Source: Methanomassiliicoccales archaeon
GTDB lineage: Archaea; Thermoplasmatota; Thermoplasmata; Methanomassiliicoccales; UBA472
Length of the DNA: 64,000 nucleotides
NCBI GenBank assembly: GCA_013415865.1
Contig: CP058896.1
Coordinates: 843,957 to 907,956, forward strand
Direction: 5' to 3'
Part shown: piece after piece, positions 63,825-64,000 of the stretch
Numbering within the stretch: the first letter of the stretch is position 1
Layout of the letters: each line of letters begins with the position of its first letter
The notes under the pieces: generated by a model
Seen by the model: only the letters and a program-made list of their open reading frames with translations
Database searches by the model: none
What the model was told of the DNA's origin: nothing
Made by a program: the position numbers and the translations under genes

Positions 63825-64000
63825 ATGGCAAAAAAGAAATTCGTTGGTAGCTGGGTGATCCTGATCCTGTTGATCATCCTTTGTTGGCCCGCCGCTCTGA
63901 TCTACTTCTTCATGAAGTACGAGGAGCAAGAGGAGACCAGGACGTGTATGAATTGTGGGGCCAATATCGCGATCTCATACAGCATCTGCCCACACTGCGG
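63825..64000 (+). CDS. small TM plus zinc-ribbon protein, 3' end cut by window edge
   Basis: SD-like ggagggggg, then ATG. MAKKKFVGSWVILILLIILCWPAALIYFF (TM) followed by CMNCG...CPHCG. Not in the ORF track because it is still open at the window end. Confidence 0.5.
   Translation, partial: MAKKKFVGSWVILILLIILCWPAALIYFFMKYEEQEETRTCMNCGANIAISYSICPHC

Noticed and set aside
63751-63867. 10-bp inverted repeat GATCAGGATC / GATCCTGATC spanning the start of the last ORF
   Set aside because: A single 10-mer match at about 90 nt distance is within chance expectation for a 64-kb window. The second arm is inside the coding sequence for a hydrophobic helix.
1-64000. CRISPR arrays, tandem repeats, IS elements, toxin-antitoxin pairs or known defence genes
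   Set aside because: Reading both strands, I saw no regularly spaced direct repeats, no cas, transposase or integrase genes, and no restriction-modification or other defence signatures. A computational repeat search was not possible and could still reveal short repeats that I missed.

Overview
Gene-dense archaeal (euryarchaeal) chromosome segment with about 65 protein genes and one tRNA. Hallmark genes are fibrillarin, Nop5, aIF5A, Kae1, CarS, PurP, Nep1, LSm and RPA. An MsvR-like ArsR+V4R regulator hints at a methanogen or Thermoplasmata-related host, but lineage cannot be settled from this window. By eye most of the window is GC-rich (above 50%) and tightly packed, with many 1-4 nt start/stop overlaps and leaderless-looking promoters. 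Information-processing genes: uS15, RecJ-like DHH protein, SMC-ScpA-ScpB, two XPD/Rad3 paralogues, family-4 UDG, RPA1/RPA2, Trm112-like. Metabolic genes: serA and a serC-like gene, pdxS, purP, pyrE, carS, glmM, mtnA plus a class II aldolase, M29 aminopeptidase, threonine aldolase, aspartate aminotransferase. Transport genes: a P-type ATPase and an ABC importer with no binding-protein gene nearby. The most unusual region is a surface-glycan locus. A strongly AT-rich island of about 5.4 kb (32.47-37.89 kb) carries a GT4, a polytopic membrane protein, a Wzx-like flippase and a second GT4. It joins directly onto native-GC WbpB/E/D-like genes and two GT2 genes, and further nucleotide-sugar genes are scattered out to 55 kb. 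Two genes in this locus show apparent frame or start problems. A 540-bp AT-rich spacer after tRNA-Val carries C-box/D-box-like motifs around a hairpin, a weak ncRNA candidate. I saw no CRISPR array, transposase, integrase, rRNA or recognisable defence system. I cannot point to a convincing novel multi-gene system; the best leads are listed below with their limits. Start codons were refined by eye from the ORF track, which uses the longest ATG/GTG/TTG ORF, so they are approximate.
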